From: Trichoplax adhaerens | Lineage: Eukaryota > Animalia > Placozoa | Direction of reading: 5' to 3' | Assembly (NCBI RefSeq): GCF_000150275.1 | Contig: NW_002060945.1 | Coordinates: 5,009,397 to 5,073,396, forward strand | Length of the DNA: 64,000 bases | In this document: piece after piece, positions 26,861 through 41,429 of the stretch | Layout: every line of letters begins with the position of its first letter | Numbering within the stretch: the first letter of the stretch is position 1 | Notes under the pieces: generated by a model | Seen by the model: the letters and a program-made list of their open reading frames with translations, nothing else | Told to the model about the DNA's origin: nothing | Databases searched by the model: none | Position numbers and translations under genes: made by a program

Positions 26861-29800
26861 TTTTTTACGGTTTGTCAGCTAAATCGATCACTGTAGCTCA
26901 TCGGAACACCACACCACGGCTTGAAAATGCTCTCGAAATTTTTAACGGAATATACAATGGAGTTCATATTTTTTATGGTTTCACTACATATAGTGGCTTT
27001 TGTATCCTTTTGGTTATGTTCTAAAAACTTAATAATGACATTGATAAATGAAAAATAGGTTAATTTTAAAAACCACGACGTCATCTTGATTAAATTAACT
27101 GTAAATTATAATTAACTTAGTACAGTACAGTACTGTACGTTAATTCTAATGCCTTACAGTACTGTACAGTATATTGTCTCATTTCAGGTTATGGTTAAGT
27201 TATACTGTACTGTAATTATTAGCTATCCCTACGGTTCGACTCGGAACGGAGTCAAACTGCAATTTTAGCCTTGTTCACTTCTTAGAGCTTGCTCTGTTAT
27301 AATTGCAGTATAGTAAGACTTACACGAACTGTATACATATGCGAACAAAGCTTAAAATTAATGATTGCAATATCGATTGTACTTTCGCATCAATTTCATT
27401 TCACGGTCTATACTCGTATTATATGCAAATGCAAAAATGAGTTACTTTTAACGTGGTCGACAAATGTTAATTATAGGCGCTACTGATTTCAGATAGTTAC
27501 TAAGTGAAGGATTTACCAGTGAGTAGCAAAGGCGTTCACGGCTATACTAGTGCTAGTATACACCAAATAGTGATCATTTGCTTATGGCTGCAACTTATAG
27601 TACGGAATATCAATTTACCGAAATTTGATTTGGACTTTAGCGTTTCAGCCTGGTTTGAATCGGGCCTTGTGCAGGTTTAAGATTCAATCATGGCTGATTC
27701 AAAATTGTAACGATGTTGTAAAAAGCATGTAACAGTTACTAGACTATCTTGTAATATAGTTCAGTACCTCTTAGCTTATACGCGTTTTGCAACAATAAGT
27801 ATGAATCTTAGTTTTTACAGAATTCGAAGTAATTATTTTGAGATGGCAATCAGTAGATAATAATTATAATTATAATTAGCTCAAGCTTTTATGTGATGTT
27901 GTAGCAGATATCTCCTACAATATGACTACATTCAAGGCTGATCAGCTGATAGGATATTTTGTTGATCAAGGTCTATTTTGCGACTTACAGTGCTGTACTG
28001 TACTTTCATATTGAATTAAATTACTTTGCTTATCAATTACAATTATACATATTATAGTATCTTTATCTTGAATGATACTACTGTTAATGAAACTTCTTAA
28101 CTGCAATATATAATAATGGACGTCATGAATTAGGTTTATTGGCTGCTAAAAATGATGCGATCGAATCGCCCTGCCGAAAAAAAAATGCACGGTTACTAAT
28201 TGCAACGATGGATATTACTGAAACGTTTTAAGCGCGGTATAGCTTCAGTGCAATACTGCTCGTGTGAATAATGTACTATACGCGTAATGGGGAAAATACT
28301 GTATATCGAAAATTCATTATAATCATCATGTACTCAATAGAACGTTTATATGGAGTTATCGTGGCTTTGCATACGTAATTAGCATGTTGCTATATTTGCT
28401 ATTTGTAAGTTTTATATCCAGTATGAGATAGCAAGCAATTATGATCGTTGTAAAGTTCTTGATAAACTGCGTTATCGCGAAGGTTATCAACTTTACTCGA
28501 GTATTGTATAATAAAACAGCATAACAATTTTATGCAGTAAAAGCTCTGAAACAGCATATTCATATTTTGCATATTCAATTTAAAATAATAGTTTGAATTG
28601 TTTCTGTAATTTATATCTTATAATCCAGCTGTCGGATATCTCTCATTTCTCTGCTTAAATCTTATTATTTTTAATTAATTACTTAATTAATTATCATCGT
28701 TAACATATAGCATATTTATGCATTGGGCCACTCGGTAACGTGCATTATAAATAATTATGACTATTGCTAGGCCAATCTAGGTATACTAAGATCGGGTAAT
28801 GCACATGTAATACGTACATCAAAATTAAGTAGTTATCTGAATGTTTCTTAAATTTTGCTATGTTTGAAGGTACTATTTTATAGTTAGTACTGACATATTG
28901 CAATATTAAAAGACCACAGATACCGTATTTATATTCGGTATATTGGTACGTAGTAGTTATATTTGATAGAAAAGTAATACCACAACGTCATCGCGAAAAT
29001 CGCAGGCTTGATGTTGCAAAGTATATAGTATCATTTAAAAAAACAGTATGAGAAAGATTAGACCTACCAGTCATCACAAATTACTCGATACTGAATTCAG
29101 TCTATAAGTAAAACCACCTGTTTAACACAGTGAAACTGGTAACTGGTATCTATATTTGACATAATAGAGCGCTCTAAGATTGAAGAATAGTTATATTTTG
29201 TAACAGCATACCGTACTCATTCGGTTTTCTCATACGATTTTGATAGTTGCAAATGCAAACTCAGATATTTTTAGTAGCTACATTTACGGAATTACGACGT
29301 GAGTCTAGTTTACTATACCCTGCTAAGCATTCTGGCTTATTACTATTGTACAATTCACAAGATCAATTACAAAAATGGTAGGATTTTAAGTAGATAGAGC
29401 TCTATTATTCTTCAATAATCTGATATCAATAGAATAATACATAATAAATGTACATTAAAGCAGGGTTGTATGAATACGTACTACGTTTTTGGATGTTTCT
29501 TCTTAGATAAAACTTCTAGTGTCTGCCTTTAGAACTGCATTAGTTCTTTATTATTTCTGTTAACAGCACTGCCTATTCGTTTTAAATTTTTTTGATAATT
29601 TACTATAGCTTAAATTATAGTATTGTTTGATTATCTTAAAGAGTAGAGTAAGTAACGAAAGCGTCGACATATAAGGTATATTAGGGTAATGAAAGTAAAG
29701 TGATCATTAGCTTTACAGTATCAATTAAAGAACATATTAATATCGTAACAAATATATTATCGGTAAGATGTATCTTGATAGAAATTAAACTTCCAATGAC

Positions 29801-31480
29801 AGATTATTATAACAACTGAAGTGATTGTCTAAGGTTTCTAAAATGTAGACAATCAAAATAATTTAATAAATTGTAGCGATATATGCATGTATTGTATATT
29901 GTAAGTATATCAAACTATAGACTGTGAAATAATCTCAAATACCGACGAAGTATAACTGAATTAGTAGCTGTAAATTAATACTTTCTAAGAACTATTTGCA
30001 CTGTATTATGGTCATTATAATTAATAAAAGTAAGGAGCTACAATTAATTCTTAATTTATATTAAATAATTTCTGATAAATTTATAATTCGTTACCACCAG
30101 CAATATAATGCAGTGTTTTGAATAGTTTATATTACATGTAACTAGTCGCAAGTTCAAATCTTGAACTGCTACTGGAAAGGGCATGCCAGAATGCATGATC
30201 AAATAATTGATAATGACTTATTAAATAATGTTATTAATTATTGTAATACTGTGATAAATTAATTTTAGATAATTCTTTTCAATATGATTAAAATCTGTAT
30301 CGCAAATTATCTAAGGATTTAGTTCATGTCGAATTAATCATTCGCATGGATGGAACAACAGAAATATTTGCTTTATACTTTTTCTTCAGTATTGTATTAT
30401 CTTCTGTACCGCTAATTTAGTTATACGTAAGTCGATTTTAGATAATGAAACAACAAGCGGTGTAACATTATCTATTTTTACGTAGGAGTTGCTTCGTTAG
30501 CTCATCCCGTCAAAATTATTAACCAATGGTTAATGATCTTAAAACAATAAAATTATTTGTAGGTTTAAACGTGATATCAATTAAAAAACCTACATTAAAT
30601 TTAGTAATTACTGCATACGTAATTAAATATAACCATCAAAGATAGTAACTATTTGCTTATGAAATCATGAAGCTGTGCACATATGTAAATAAGTTGCCGC
30701 TGTAGGCTAAAATCTCATACTTATAGGATGCCAATTTTCAGAATTAGGAAAGTATTACAGTGGTATATTTATAAATTAATCAATGGCCCCATCGTAGCTA
30801 AACCTCAATATCATAATTTAGATAGCTAATAGTTATTCATAAAGCGAGTGAAGTAATCTTTACGGTTTACTTAAGGGGTTACGATACTATAGGCTCTCAT
30901 AACTCAGTCCATCCTGTTATTGTTATTGTTAAATTATCTGCATTAGTTATATTATAGTTATTAAAATCGATATAAATTAGCCTGATTAGTTCGATAAAAC
31001 ATTAATTGGATATATATTATTAAAACGTCATCTATCCATTGTTTATTACCATAGCAGCGGTTACAATTGACGTAGTTCTCTTTTATTTTATATAATGCGT
31101 AATAATGACTTCGATATGCCCTGGATCTACTCTGCTCACATGACGCAAGCGTTAATAAAGGCATATTAACTTAATTGATTCTTTAACAATGACTTCTTTT
31201 TTAAGGTAAATATAGCGATAATATAATACTATATTTTTATATCAAACGACCTTCTGTCGTATTTTGTTCAAGAATTAAACTTTACATAATCACAACAAGG
31301 CAAATTTCTTTTGTTCTTCTTACATATTACAGTTATTAAGTTCTTTACCGCATCAATTTTAGTCTAAATTATTATATTTTCAATATCATTGGAAATAGTG
31401 GTAAATGATTATTAACGATACTGAAACAGCTTTCGCGTTGAAATTTTCGTTCAGAAGTTGCGTTGAACATTGAATCTATA

Positions 31481-34400
31481 ATGCCAACCAAGCAGTTAAA
31501 GGTTATGAGGTAATAATCCTATTCCTATGGATCAAAAAATTATAACAGTTTCATATCTTCATTAAAAGGGATATATTTTAAAATCGTGCCGTAATATTTT
31601 CTTATGATTAGTTATCTCATCTTCATACTCAATTTAAAATTTCAATGAGTGTAGAGAATCAGTATCATTTAGTAAATTAATAATATTTCGAAATTTTTTA
31701 GAAATGATGTAGCACAAAGTTGAAAGATTATGATTAATATATAAGATTTCATGTTCATAGCCATAAAAATTGATACACATTAGCATTGACACACTAAGCT
31801 ACAAGTGTCTTAAGACTACAAGAATACAGTTGAGATTTTATAAACATACGTACTTGTATCTACTTGACAATTCACTATTTTATATGTATTTTAATTACAA
31901 TATCAAAGTTGATTTCAAGTTGTTTTTCGATTCAGTAATAAAAACTAGTAAATATTATAAACTTCAATTTTAATTAATTGATTGGTCTCTTCTAGATCCC
32001 TAAAAACTATGCTTTGTAGGATGTAAAGTAATATATACAATAAAATAGTTTATAATGAAAAGGATAAAAAATTAATTTCGCTACTCGCCTTTTTTAATTT
32101 AATATAATTTTCAGTCAACATAACGGTGGAATATCCGTTAGGAAGAAGCGATTGTTGGCTATAACCGTATCTAGAGGCTTTGAAGATTGTGGGGCTCAAG
32201 GTATATCCAATATGGCTAGAGCACAGACTACACAAGCGCGAATCCTATGGGCTATATTAACCATAGCAGCGATTTCCCTTTGCACTGTTATGGCAGTGGA
32301 TCTTGTTCAGAAATACTATCGTTTTGAATATGATGTTACTTTGAAAATTTCTTTCAAGCCTCAACTAGATTTCCCAGTTATTACTATTTGTAATCTCAAT
32401 CCTATGTTAAGAAGTGAGATGATCAAACGTCCAATATTTAGACCACTGTATGGAAGAGATTTTGAATCAGTTAACACTTCACAAACATCGCCTCTAGTTA
32501 ATAATTCATCGCTAAGCAACAACACTGTGGGACAGTCTGATAGTAACTCATCAACCCCCTTACCTACCAATAAGGTACCGCAAGATGCTACCGCGGCTGC
32601 GGCTGCTAGTACGGTTGCAGCAAACTCGCAAGGAGGTACTGCAGCTGGATCAACAAAGGAATCAGAGAAAACAGCTACACCAACAGGAACTAAAACGTCA
32701 CTACCGAGAGTTAAGAAATCACTGAGCAGTGATGTGAATGAAAATATTGATCGTCCAACTCCACCACCTGGTGTTCAGTTTGAAAATTTGGATAAAAGTC
32801 ATGAAAACTATCATCTTTTCTCTGAAATTAGCGCAGAGTTATTTAATAGGTTGACAGATCAAAGAATGTATGAACTTGGAACGCAAGCCTCTAATTTTAT
32901 TGCAAAGTGTACCTTTAAACAGAAACCATGTGCCGCGAAGTAATGCTTCTATTAAAAAAATTCTAATTTTATGCGGACTGCTACTTACAATATTGTATTC
33001 TAAGTAATCTCCACTTATTAGCCAGCCTGAATTTGTAATATCGTACTAACTTATGTTTTTATTTTTACTGTTCACAAGCAATTTTTCCATCTCCTTCAAT
33101 TACCTTTATGGCAATTGTTTTAGCTTTAACACAGGCAATTCACGGGGGAAAAGAATTGAGTCAGTTAATTACCCTGGACCTTTATTTGGTGAGTGGCAGT
33201 AAACTGCTTATATTTTACTCAATTAATACTACATTCTTTAATATCAAAGTACTACATGTCTGTATCTGTTATCTATTCCATTCTTGATAATAACAGATCA
33301 ATGATGGATTTAAGGAATGGTCTATTAATTAAATATTATTTTTAGGGTTACAGCTATATCTAGATATTAATAAAGCCGAATATATTAGTCGAGAAGTGCC
33401 AACTGCAGGAGTAAGGATCGCAGTTACTCCTCAAGGAGTACGTCCAAACCCTGAAGACGAAGGCTTTGATGTTCCTCCAGGCGCATTAACTTCCATTGGA
33501 CTCAAAATGGTAAGAGACGTCCATTGCGTATCATGGGGATTGAATTCAATTGCAATCAATTAGAGGTTTCGGTTATCGTTTTCTCAGTATCTGCTATGGA
33601 AAGATATGATTCATAATAGAATCTGATGATTAATTAGGGCAAAAAAGTTACTATAAATTCCTTAATAACTATAAATGACGGCTTTTTACCATTTTATATG
33701 ATAACCTATAAGAATGTAAAACGATATTACTACATTGTATCTTTAGAGAAATATCTCCCGATTATCAACACCCTATAATAAAGAAGGCTGTCTAAAACAT
33801 CCCCCAAATAATAAGACTTTGAACATATATGAAAATGGTTCTGACCGTTACAGCTATAAGGTAAAATGATGTTGCAGTATATTAATTTTTAATATATTGA
33901 TAGTATGGACTGAGATATACGGTAAACTTGAGTGTTTGAGTACATTTTAGATTACCAGAATTATCTATCGTTAGCCTAAGGACCTTAGAGCTTTTAAGAA
34001 TTTTTACAAGTTTTAAAAGTCTGATGTAATGATATAGTAATCGTATCTGTTGCTATCATATTTATATGAACGAGTATATATTAATAACAACAAGTAGTTT
34101 CCAGTTTATTACAAAGTTTGGCTGTTACTATGATATATCAAGACATATATCAGTAATTATAGCAAAAAAATTTTAAATAAAGGGATGTATCAAGAGCTGT
34201 ATTGCAAGTCTGCAGAATAAAACGTGCGGCTGCATAGCTGCAAGATATAGCTTCACCTCTTCAACCAAAGGGCTGAAAGTTTGTAGCTTAAAAAATGAAA
34301 CGGAAAGTAAGTACTTTATATTAAATCTCTCTTCTATTTTATACTGTTAGACTGTATTATGTGAATAGATTATGGTAATAAATCAAAACTCAACGAAATA

Positions 34401-35850
34401 AAAAATGATAGCATAATTGTGTACGGTTCATTTTTTACAGTCAACTGTCAGTCTAGATTGCAAAATAGGTTCATCGCTGGAAAAATAAATTGTGGATGTG
34501 TGCGAGCATGCAAGTATGCATAAACATTGAGATAAGGACCATTTTGAATACATTAATAGTCAACGCTATCAATTCTCATGATATATGTACTTTACGTATG
34601 TTTATCCTGATGTAGCGAACAATCATTCGAGGCTACCACATCGCAAGCGCAGTTCCCATCGGAGGTTAACTTGGTAAGAATAGTGTTATGAATTAAGATT
34701 ATATGTTGTTACCAAAGACATAAGGCATAAACGTATAAATAGCCAGTTGTCTACCAAAATAATGATTTATGATGGTTACGGAAATATTTTAGATGGTGTT
34801 TAATAGCTTATTAGTAGAATAAAAATAACCCGAAATACTGTTATCTATCGTCATACTAACTGATAATCTTTGAGGCATCAATTCGAGAATAGGGTGTGGT
34901 CGACCAGGTTGGATGCCTCATAAATACATATAGATGATAAAATATGAAATTATGCATACCATATACTTATAATCGTAAAATGTTTAAACCGATATCGTTA
35001 ATTTTGTAATTTCCCTTAAGGTATATTTATCTATGTTAGATATAAAATATTAAGGTATACAATTATTAACTGTAAAAGTGTATTGCATTTTTCTACTAAT
35101 AACAGGATAACAACAACGACTTACTGGAGTATTTTAAAAGAGATCTTACTAAGTTTCAACTTACAAGAAAGACTGTGACACCATTTCTCAGGTATCACAA
35201 TTTAAATTCAAGTTTGAAAGATTTGTTATATGTATATCGCGTCTTCAGTGTCATAAAATTAAAAATAGTTAATTCTAGCTAGAATTTTTGTTACATATCA
35301 AAGATCTACGATAAGATTGAATTTATTTATAGTCTTGCAAGATATTTCAAGGTGCTATTAATTTGTAAAGATTGCATACAGTATTTACCGTCACGAATAC
35401 TCTAACATCAGACATGACTGATATCCTGTACTATTGTTCTCAGAAAAAATTTGGTAGCGGTAAATATATATTATGAAGAACTCAATTTTGAAACCATCGA
35501 GCAAACACCACGCTACTCAGTAAGTAATATTAAAAACTAATAGCACGAACATGGGATTGATGATATAGCCCTAACCATGTATAGCTTATCACTTTGGAGC
35601 TCTATCCAGAAATTTCATGTGATCAATTTATTTAAATCAATCGTCTTGTTGCCACTAGGAAATTGACCTAGCTAGCGACATCGGTGGTGTCTTAGGCTTA
35701 TGGATTGGTATATCGGTATTAACAGTGTTCGAATTTATGGAAATATTAGTTGATTCATTGCTCATAATATTTGGTAAAGAAAAGATTGCTAGCAGAAGAA
35801 ATACCATTACTGAATTTAAAGCCCAGTTGCAAGCTTCTGGACTTGCATAA
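31481..35850 (+). CDS. DEG/ENaC (ASIC/ENaC superfamily) sodium channel subunit
   Basis: Exons approx. 31481-31509 (putative start MPTKQLKVM), 32115-32939, 33079-33188, 33346-33509, 33747-33860, 34183-34307, 34441-34513, 34616-34673, 35106-35190, 35444-35519, 35659-35850. TM1 RILWAILTIAAISLC, FPVITICNLNP, YGNCFSFN, Cys-rich thumb, NIYYEELNFETIEQ and TM2 SDIGGVLGLWIGISVLTVFEF. Confidence 0.95.
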
Positions 35851-38538
35851 AGTACCCGCATATATCGTCGCAAGACCGATACTTTCATTATCAACCAAGA
35901 TAATATTCATGATTAGCACATAGGATGTTGCATTTGCCAACGAAAAACTAGAACATGGAAATGTATCAATAATAATTTATTATCTCATACCGAATACGAC
36001 ATAGGTTACGGCGTTGAACGATGGTGATACCAGATTTATCGACTTAGAATAGAATAATGGATACGAAAAATCAATATGTCCATAATTCTATATACTGACT
36101 CTAGGTAGCGCTTATTTTAGTGATTAGTAGTTATTTAAACTTAATCACTTACACTACTGCTTATTTTTGTTATCGACACTTTGCTTTTTATTTACAAATC
36201 GTACATGTGCGATAATATAACTTCTTATTTTGTTAAAATTCGTAGAGCCAAGATTTGTATTGACGTTCGATCAGATATCAGATTCAGTACAGTATTATAC
36301 GATAAGGCCACACAATTTTATATAGAAGCAGTAAAATTGCCTTAATAACCATGCAATAAGAATCACTAATAATATTGGTCGTTTTAAGTAATTTAATTAT
36401 AAAGGATCTTCATGCTATAGACAGACATTTTCCTTAATCATTTTAAATATTTGTACAGTACGTGATAATAAATTTAAACCTTTTGAAGTAATACTGTTGA
36501 CTGCTGGATAATTATTATTTATTAAATAATATTCTGGTGGGATGCTTGGGCTATTAAGGGAGCAGGATACGAATCTGAAGTGCTAAATGATATTAAGATA
36601 TTATCCATATTATCGCTTGTAAATTTTAAAGGGTTAATAAAAATGCTATTTCCAGAATACGCCCAAGCTAACAGCGGGGGTGATGAAAGAATCTTAACCA
36701 ATTCCATAACGAAAAATTTAACTTGATCTTGATTATACTGTACTTGAGATTGTAATATGACCGCTTTGTCATCTAATTAATATGTCAAATTCTAGTATGC
36801 GCAGGGCTATAATCTTTAGCTGACAAACAAAGGCGCTCTTTGGAGTCATAACCATACGGGTATAGCGTACTTGTCCCAAACAGACACTGATATCGTAATA
36901 TATATCAAACAACTCCTTTATTAAAACTAGCTCAATAACGAATCAATGATAACATGTAGCAATTAAATCATTCAGATTTGTATAATACTCAGTTTGCTGA
37001 GTGCTTCGGCGAAGTGGAAATTACAGTATTATACTGTACAAATAATATTGCCGAATGAAATTTCTTTATCATTTCCATTTAGAAATATTTAAACGTCTAT
37101 TTCTATAGTATATACTCTGAAACGGTATGGTATTTATTACTAACCACGTGGAATTGTAATATCGAAAGTATCAGTGGTAAATAAAATTTCTCTATTCAAA
37201 TCTTTAATTAAAAGATACCGATAACGTGTCGGGTCTTACAGTACACGTATTATGGCTTTAATTTATGATATAGAAACAGAGGGTCAATTAATCTATATGT
37301 ACGTACTATACAGTAATATTTGTTATACTGTAGTATGGCTAACGGTTTATCGTGTAAATCATGTTGCATTAGAAATTGTACCATGCATAGTCACACAAAA
37401 GTATCAGTCTCTCACATTTTCATTTATAGTTATTTCTATCACACGAAATTGTTCTTATAACAGATTAATGCATATTTTACTGTGAAACATTACCGTCATA
37501 TAATATGTGTGATACGTACATATGCGCATATAATTATATATTATATAATTTGATAATTGGTATTAGTTATAATAAAATTTACTGTTACTGTAATTCTCTG
37601 TGGTAGTAATCTTAGATATTATTACAGTATTTTTATCGCACCGAAATTAAGTTATACCGTCCAGGTTTCAGGATTTGATACCAACTGGTATTCGGCTAAT
37701 ATCTGATCAATGATCTGCACGTGTTCTGGTATCTGAATTTTTATACTTCTGCTCGAACAGTTTTGTACCATTTAAATAAAAACGAAATAAGTTACGCAAC
37801 TCCTTATACGTATATTACTGCAATGCACTAAACGAAGTGTAATTAATTACATAATACTTTGTAAAAATAAGTATGCACGATAAAATAAAATATATTATAT
37901 CGCACTCATATTAGTTCAATAAATAATTATAATTTAGTACAATATGTGTGCATTGTATTAAGAGTAAGGTGATAAATACAATCACGTACTCGTGGTATAT
38001 TAGTTACGAGACTATTAACATGTGTGCAATACGCATACAATAGCTATATTAATGATAATTATATCAGTTCAAAAATGGTAAGATATATAGGTGATACCTT
38101 TCATGAATCTCTATGAAGGTGTATACAATTATTTCAGCTTGAAAGTAGTAATAAACCACTGTCTAAATATTTACGACTATTACCAAAAAATTTTCGAGAA
38201 TTACTGAAGGTCGGGTGCATCAAGCGGAATCGTGTAGATATGAATATAAGATGTGCATATATTTCTTACGGTGCCATATCGCTATTCACAGCATCAAGTG
38301 TTACCTTAATTAACTGTCATTTGTGCAAGAGTACCGTAAGTAATTCGATATAGAAAAACATGACAATCTAATAGATAGATACGATATCATCGTGATTATA
38401 TTTTTACAATTATTTTAGTGGAATCAGATCTTGTAACAATCGAATAAATCGCTTTAATATATGGCAGAAATACATATAATATATAAGTTATACATATATA
38501 TATATATATAGATATATACTTCTATTTTTAAGATCAAG

Positions 38539-40275
38539 TTAACCGGCTTTGTCTAGTAACTTCAGCATTTTGCTCTGTATATTGTTAGATTCTTGTTGTA
38601 GCTCAATCAAACGATTTAATGCTGTCATTTGGTCATTGTGAATTTTGGATAACGATAAATTAAAGTCTTGTTGCATTTTAAGTAAATTTTCCAATACGTC
38701 GTCGACTTCTAGATTTCTTTTTCTTTTCCTAGAAAGACTCAATAACTGTCTATTTTCTGCCTTGTTAAGTAAGCGCATTCTTGCCAAATGTTCGTCATGT
38801 TCACCTCTAATACTATCTTTAGGGTCGTTCATAGAAACTCGTTCATTATCACGAGTCATGTCGGCAAAGAGAGGAATAGATTGATGAATGTCGTGCGTTA
38901 CGTTATTGGTTTCGATTTTATCTAAGGATATATTATTCGTTAAGATCTTATCTTGTTCAGATTCTGAAAAATGGATTACTGAATTAAAAATTTCTTCAAT
39001 TGGGCAAAAGAACGGCCACAGTAGGCTGACATCCGCATGAGAAATCGCGCCAGATTGTAGTTTGCGTTGTAGTTTTCTAGTTTAATCAATAAGTTACGCG
39101 GAGAAGAGTTAAGTATCAGGTATCCTACCTGCTACACAATGTCGTATAAAGTGATGCACGGGTAATACATATATATATATATATATAAGAAATATACGTC
39201 ATGAAAGATGTATTGTTGAACGCTATTGTAGAGTGCGGGCAGTAAGAACTATTTAATGTTGTACCGAATTATCACTTTCGAAATTAGCCACTATCCGAAA
39301 TAGCATCTTTTTCGAAAATTGGCAAATTTTGGAACTAATCATATTACGATATACAGCTTTGACTAGTGAAATGTAACTACAAAATAGTTACTATGTCCAA
39401 AACAATTCATTATCATCTCTGTAGAAAATAAAACAAGAAGATACTTGTTTGGTCTAATCATAAACGTTGTGGTACTGTATTGTTACGATTGTTATTATTC
39501 TATGGTACTAAATTTACTACTGACTTCATATGAGTGAAAAAAATTATCAATGCATGATTGCATCAATGACATATCAAAAAAATACTATTCAATGTAGTAA
39601 ATTGAGAAGTGCATTGTGCTCAGTGTGATCATCGGATTATGCAGCCTGCACATTTCACAGTATATAAGACGATGATATAAACGAGATGATTTAAAAACAA
39701 TCCGTTGTTTAAACAACGTCTAATCGACTTTCCCAGTGTTTTTAAAATGGCTATAGTACCTTTAAGGTGAGTGATAGCAGTAATCGAAGGCATATAAAAT
39801 TTAATATCGATGCAGTAAAACTATGCCGATAGAACAGCAGTATCGTCAATCAATATTGCTGTATGTCCACTTCTATTTTTGTAATCCATGCTACGATGAC
39901 TATGATTTCATTTGTGCAGATACTGTAAATCGAGCTGTGATTGAAAATGCGTCTTGTACTGTAGAGACTTGTACTATTCTTTAGTTCCTGACTATATCAT
40001 TCTATGCAGTTACATAAATGCAAAGCTATTGATTGCAATGTAGCTATTTTAAGCACTTACCGATATTGTTGTGTTAAATTATTGATTTTGAAGTGTATAA
40101 TCTGTGAATCTCGATCGTAGCCAAGTTTATGCATTTCTTCTGATATGACATTGAATACGTGATGGTTCCTTTTAAGGCTCTTTAGTTCTATTACCTTACT
40201 TTTCCAGATAGCGATCAGGCATTTAGTCTCTTCATATGAAAAATTTTCACTTCTCTTCTTCCTATCTGAGGACAT
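38539..40275 (-). CDS. Myb/SANT-like (trihelix, MSANTD-type) DNA-binding protein with C-terminal coiled coil
   Basis: Exons 40275-40061 and 39076-38539, joined in phase (QQYR|KLQRK). RSENFSYEETKCLIAIW...VFNVISEEMHKLGYDRDSQIIHFKINNLTQQYRK...WPFFCPIEEIF, followed by an RKRKR NLS-like motif and a heptad-rich tail. Confidence 0.88.
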
Positions 40276-40489
40276 TGTAGCTGGAAAATGCGAATTAATT
40301 CTAATGCTATACCACACTTTGAATGTAAAATTAAAATTCAGTGTCACTGACCACTTTGCCTGAATTAATTATAGACTATAGTGTACACTACTTTAAGCGA
40401 CAATCGGGTTCTTTCAAAACCTTTTTATTTACTGCAGCGTTGACTATTCACAGTATTATTCAACACTTCAAGTTGGGAAATTGCTTCAT

Positions 40490-40700
40490 CAGTACTGTAA
40501 TAACAATATTACTATAGTAGTACAGTACAGTATAATTATGCGTGTGCTGTGCATGCGTATGCCACTACCTGATTTTATAGTCTTTACTGTTTAAACTGTT
40601 TACAGTACAGTACTGTACTGTACTGTATTCACTCTACAGTACGGTACTGTACAGTACACTATAATGTACTGTACTGTACAGTCTGTAGTACTGTAGTATT
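40490..40700. promoter_or_regulatory. (GTAC-W)n array upstream of the Myb/SANT gene
   Basis: Dense TACAG/CTGTA runs 200-420 bp upstream of the ATG. Confidence 0.55.
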
Positions 40701-41429
40701 CAGTACCCCCCACTCGACTAAATACCAACTCCGATTGCAGAACGCTAGTCCGTAGTCAGATGTACAGTATTAATAATTATTATTATTAATACAGATTTAC
40801 AGATTTATTACATCGAACAGACTTATTAATTCAAAAAACAAATCGAAATATCCAAAATGCCAACAGCGCAAACCCGATTTCGCAGCTGCATCCCTTCCCT
40901 AAAAAAACTTTCGATTTTTGGAATACTTTGTTCAGTATGTAATAATAATGTATCAGTAGAGCAATTTAAGCGAAGTACAGTTTACAATGAGTTCCATGCA
41001 TTCTGTCTAGGGCTACACTGTGTAGTCGCCACATATCAAAAGAGAAAATACTTTTTGTATCTCTGTGATGCCTGTCAGAGGGGTACAATACGAAGAACTA
41101 GAGGCCGTACCTACAGTACAGTATAGTACATGGACTTCTACTGTAAAGTGTGATCTTTTTCTTATTCGATTCTTTAATATGAAATGAAATACTTTAGTAT
41201 TAACCAATGTAACATAATATATACGTACAGTACATCAATCGACATTTCTACGCATACAGTACAGTATAATAAAAAATGAATTTTTCGGATTTCGTAAAAA
41301 AATGCGCGTATAGGCAGACTGCAGTACAGTACAGTAATACTGTATGTGCTGATAACCTGGATCACACTGTACTGTACAGTGTACAGTACAGTACCGTACA
41401 GCATCAGGTTGATAGTACTGTGTTTGGTC

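Noticed and set aside
27228-27262. GGTTCGACTC B-box/T-loop-like sequence suggesting a tRNA
   Set aside because: No cloverleaf, acceptor stem or A-box can be built around it.
36522-36707. 61 aa minus-strand ORF with an open frame on the plus strand as well
   Set aside because: No recognisable domain, splice context or promoter array; cannot be supported without homology data.
38489-39187. (TA)n tracts at ~38495-38518 and ~39169-39187
   Set aside because: Ordinary short microsatellites in AT-rich DNA.
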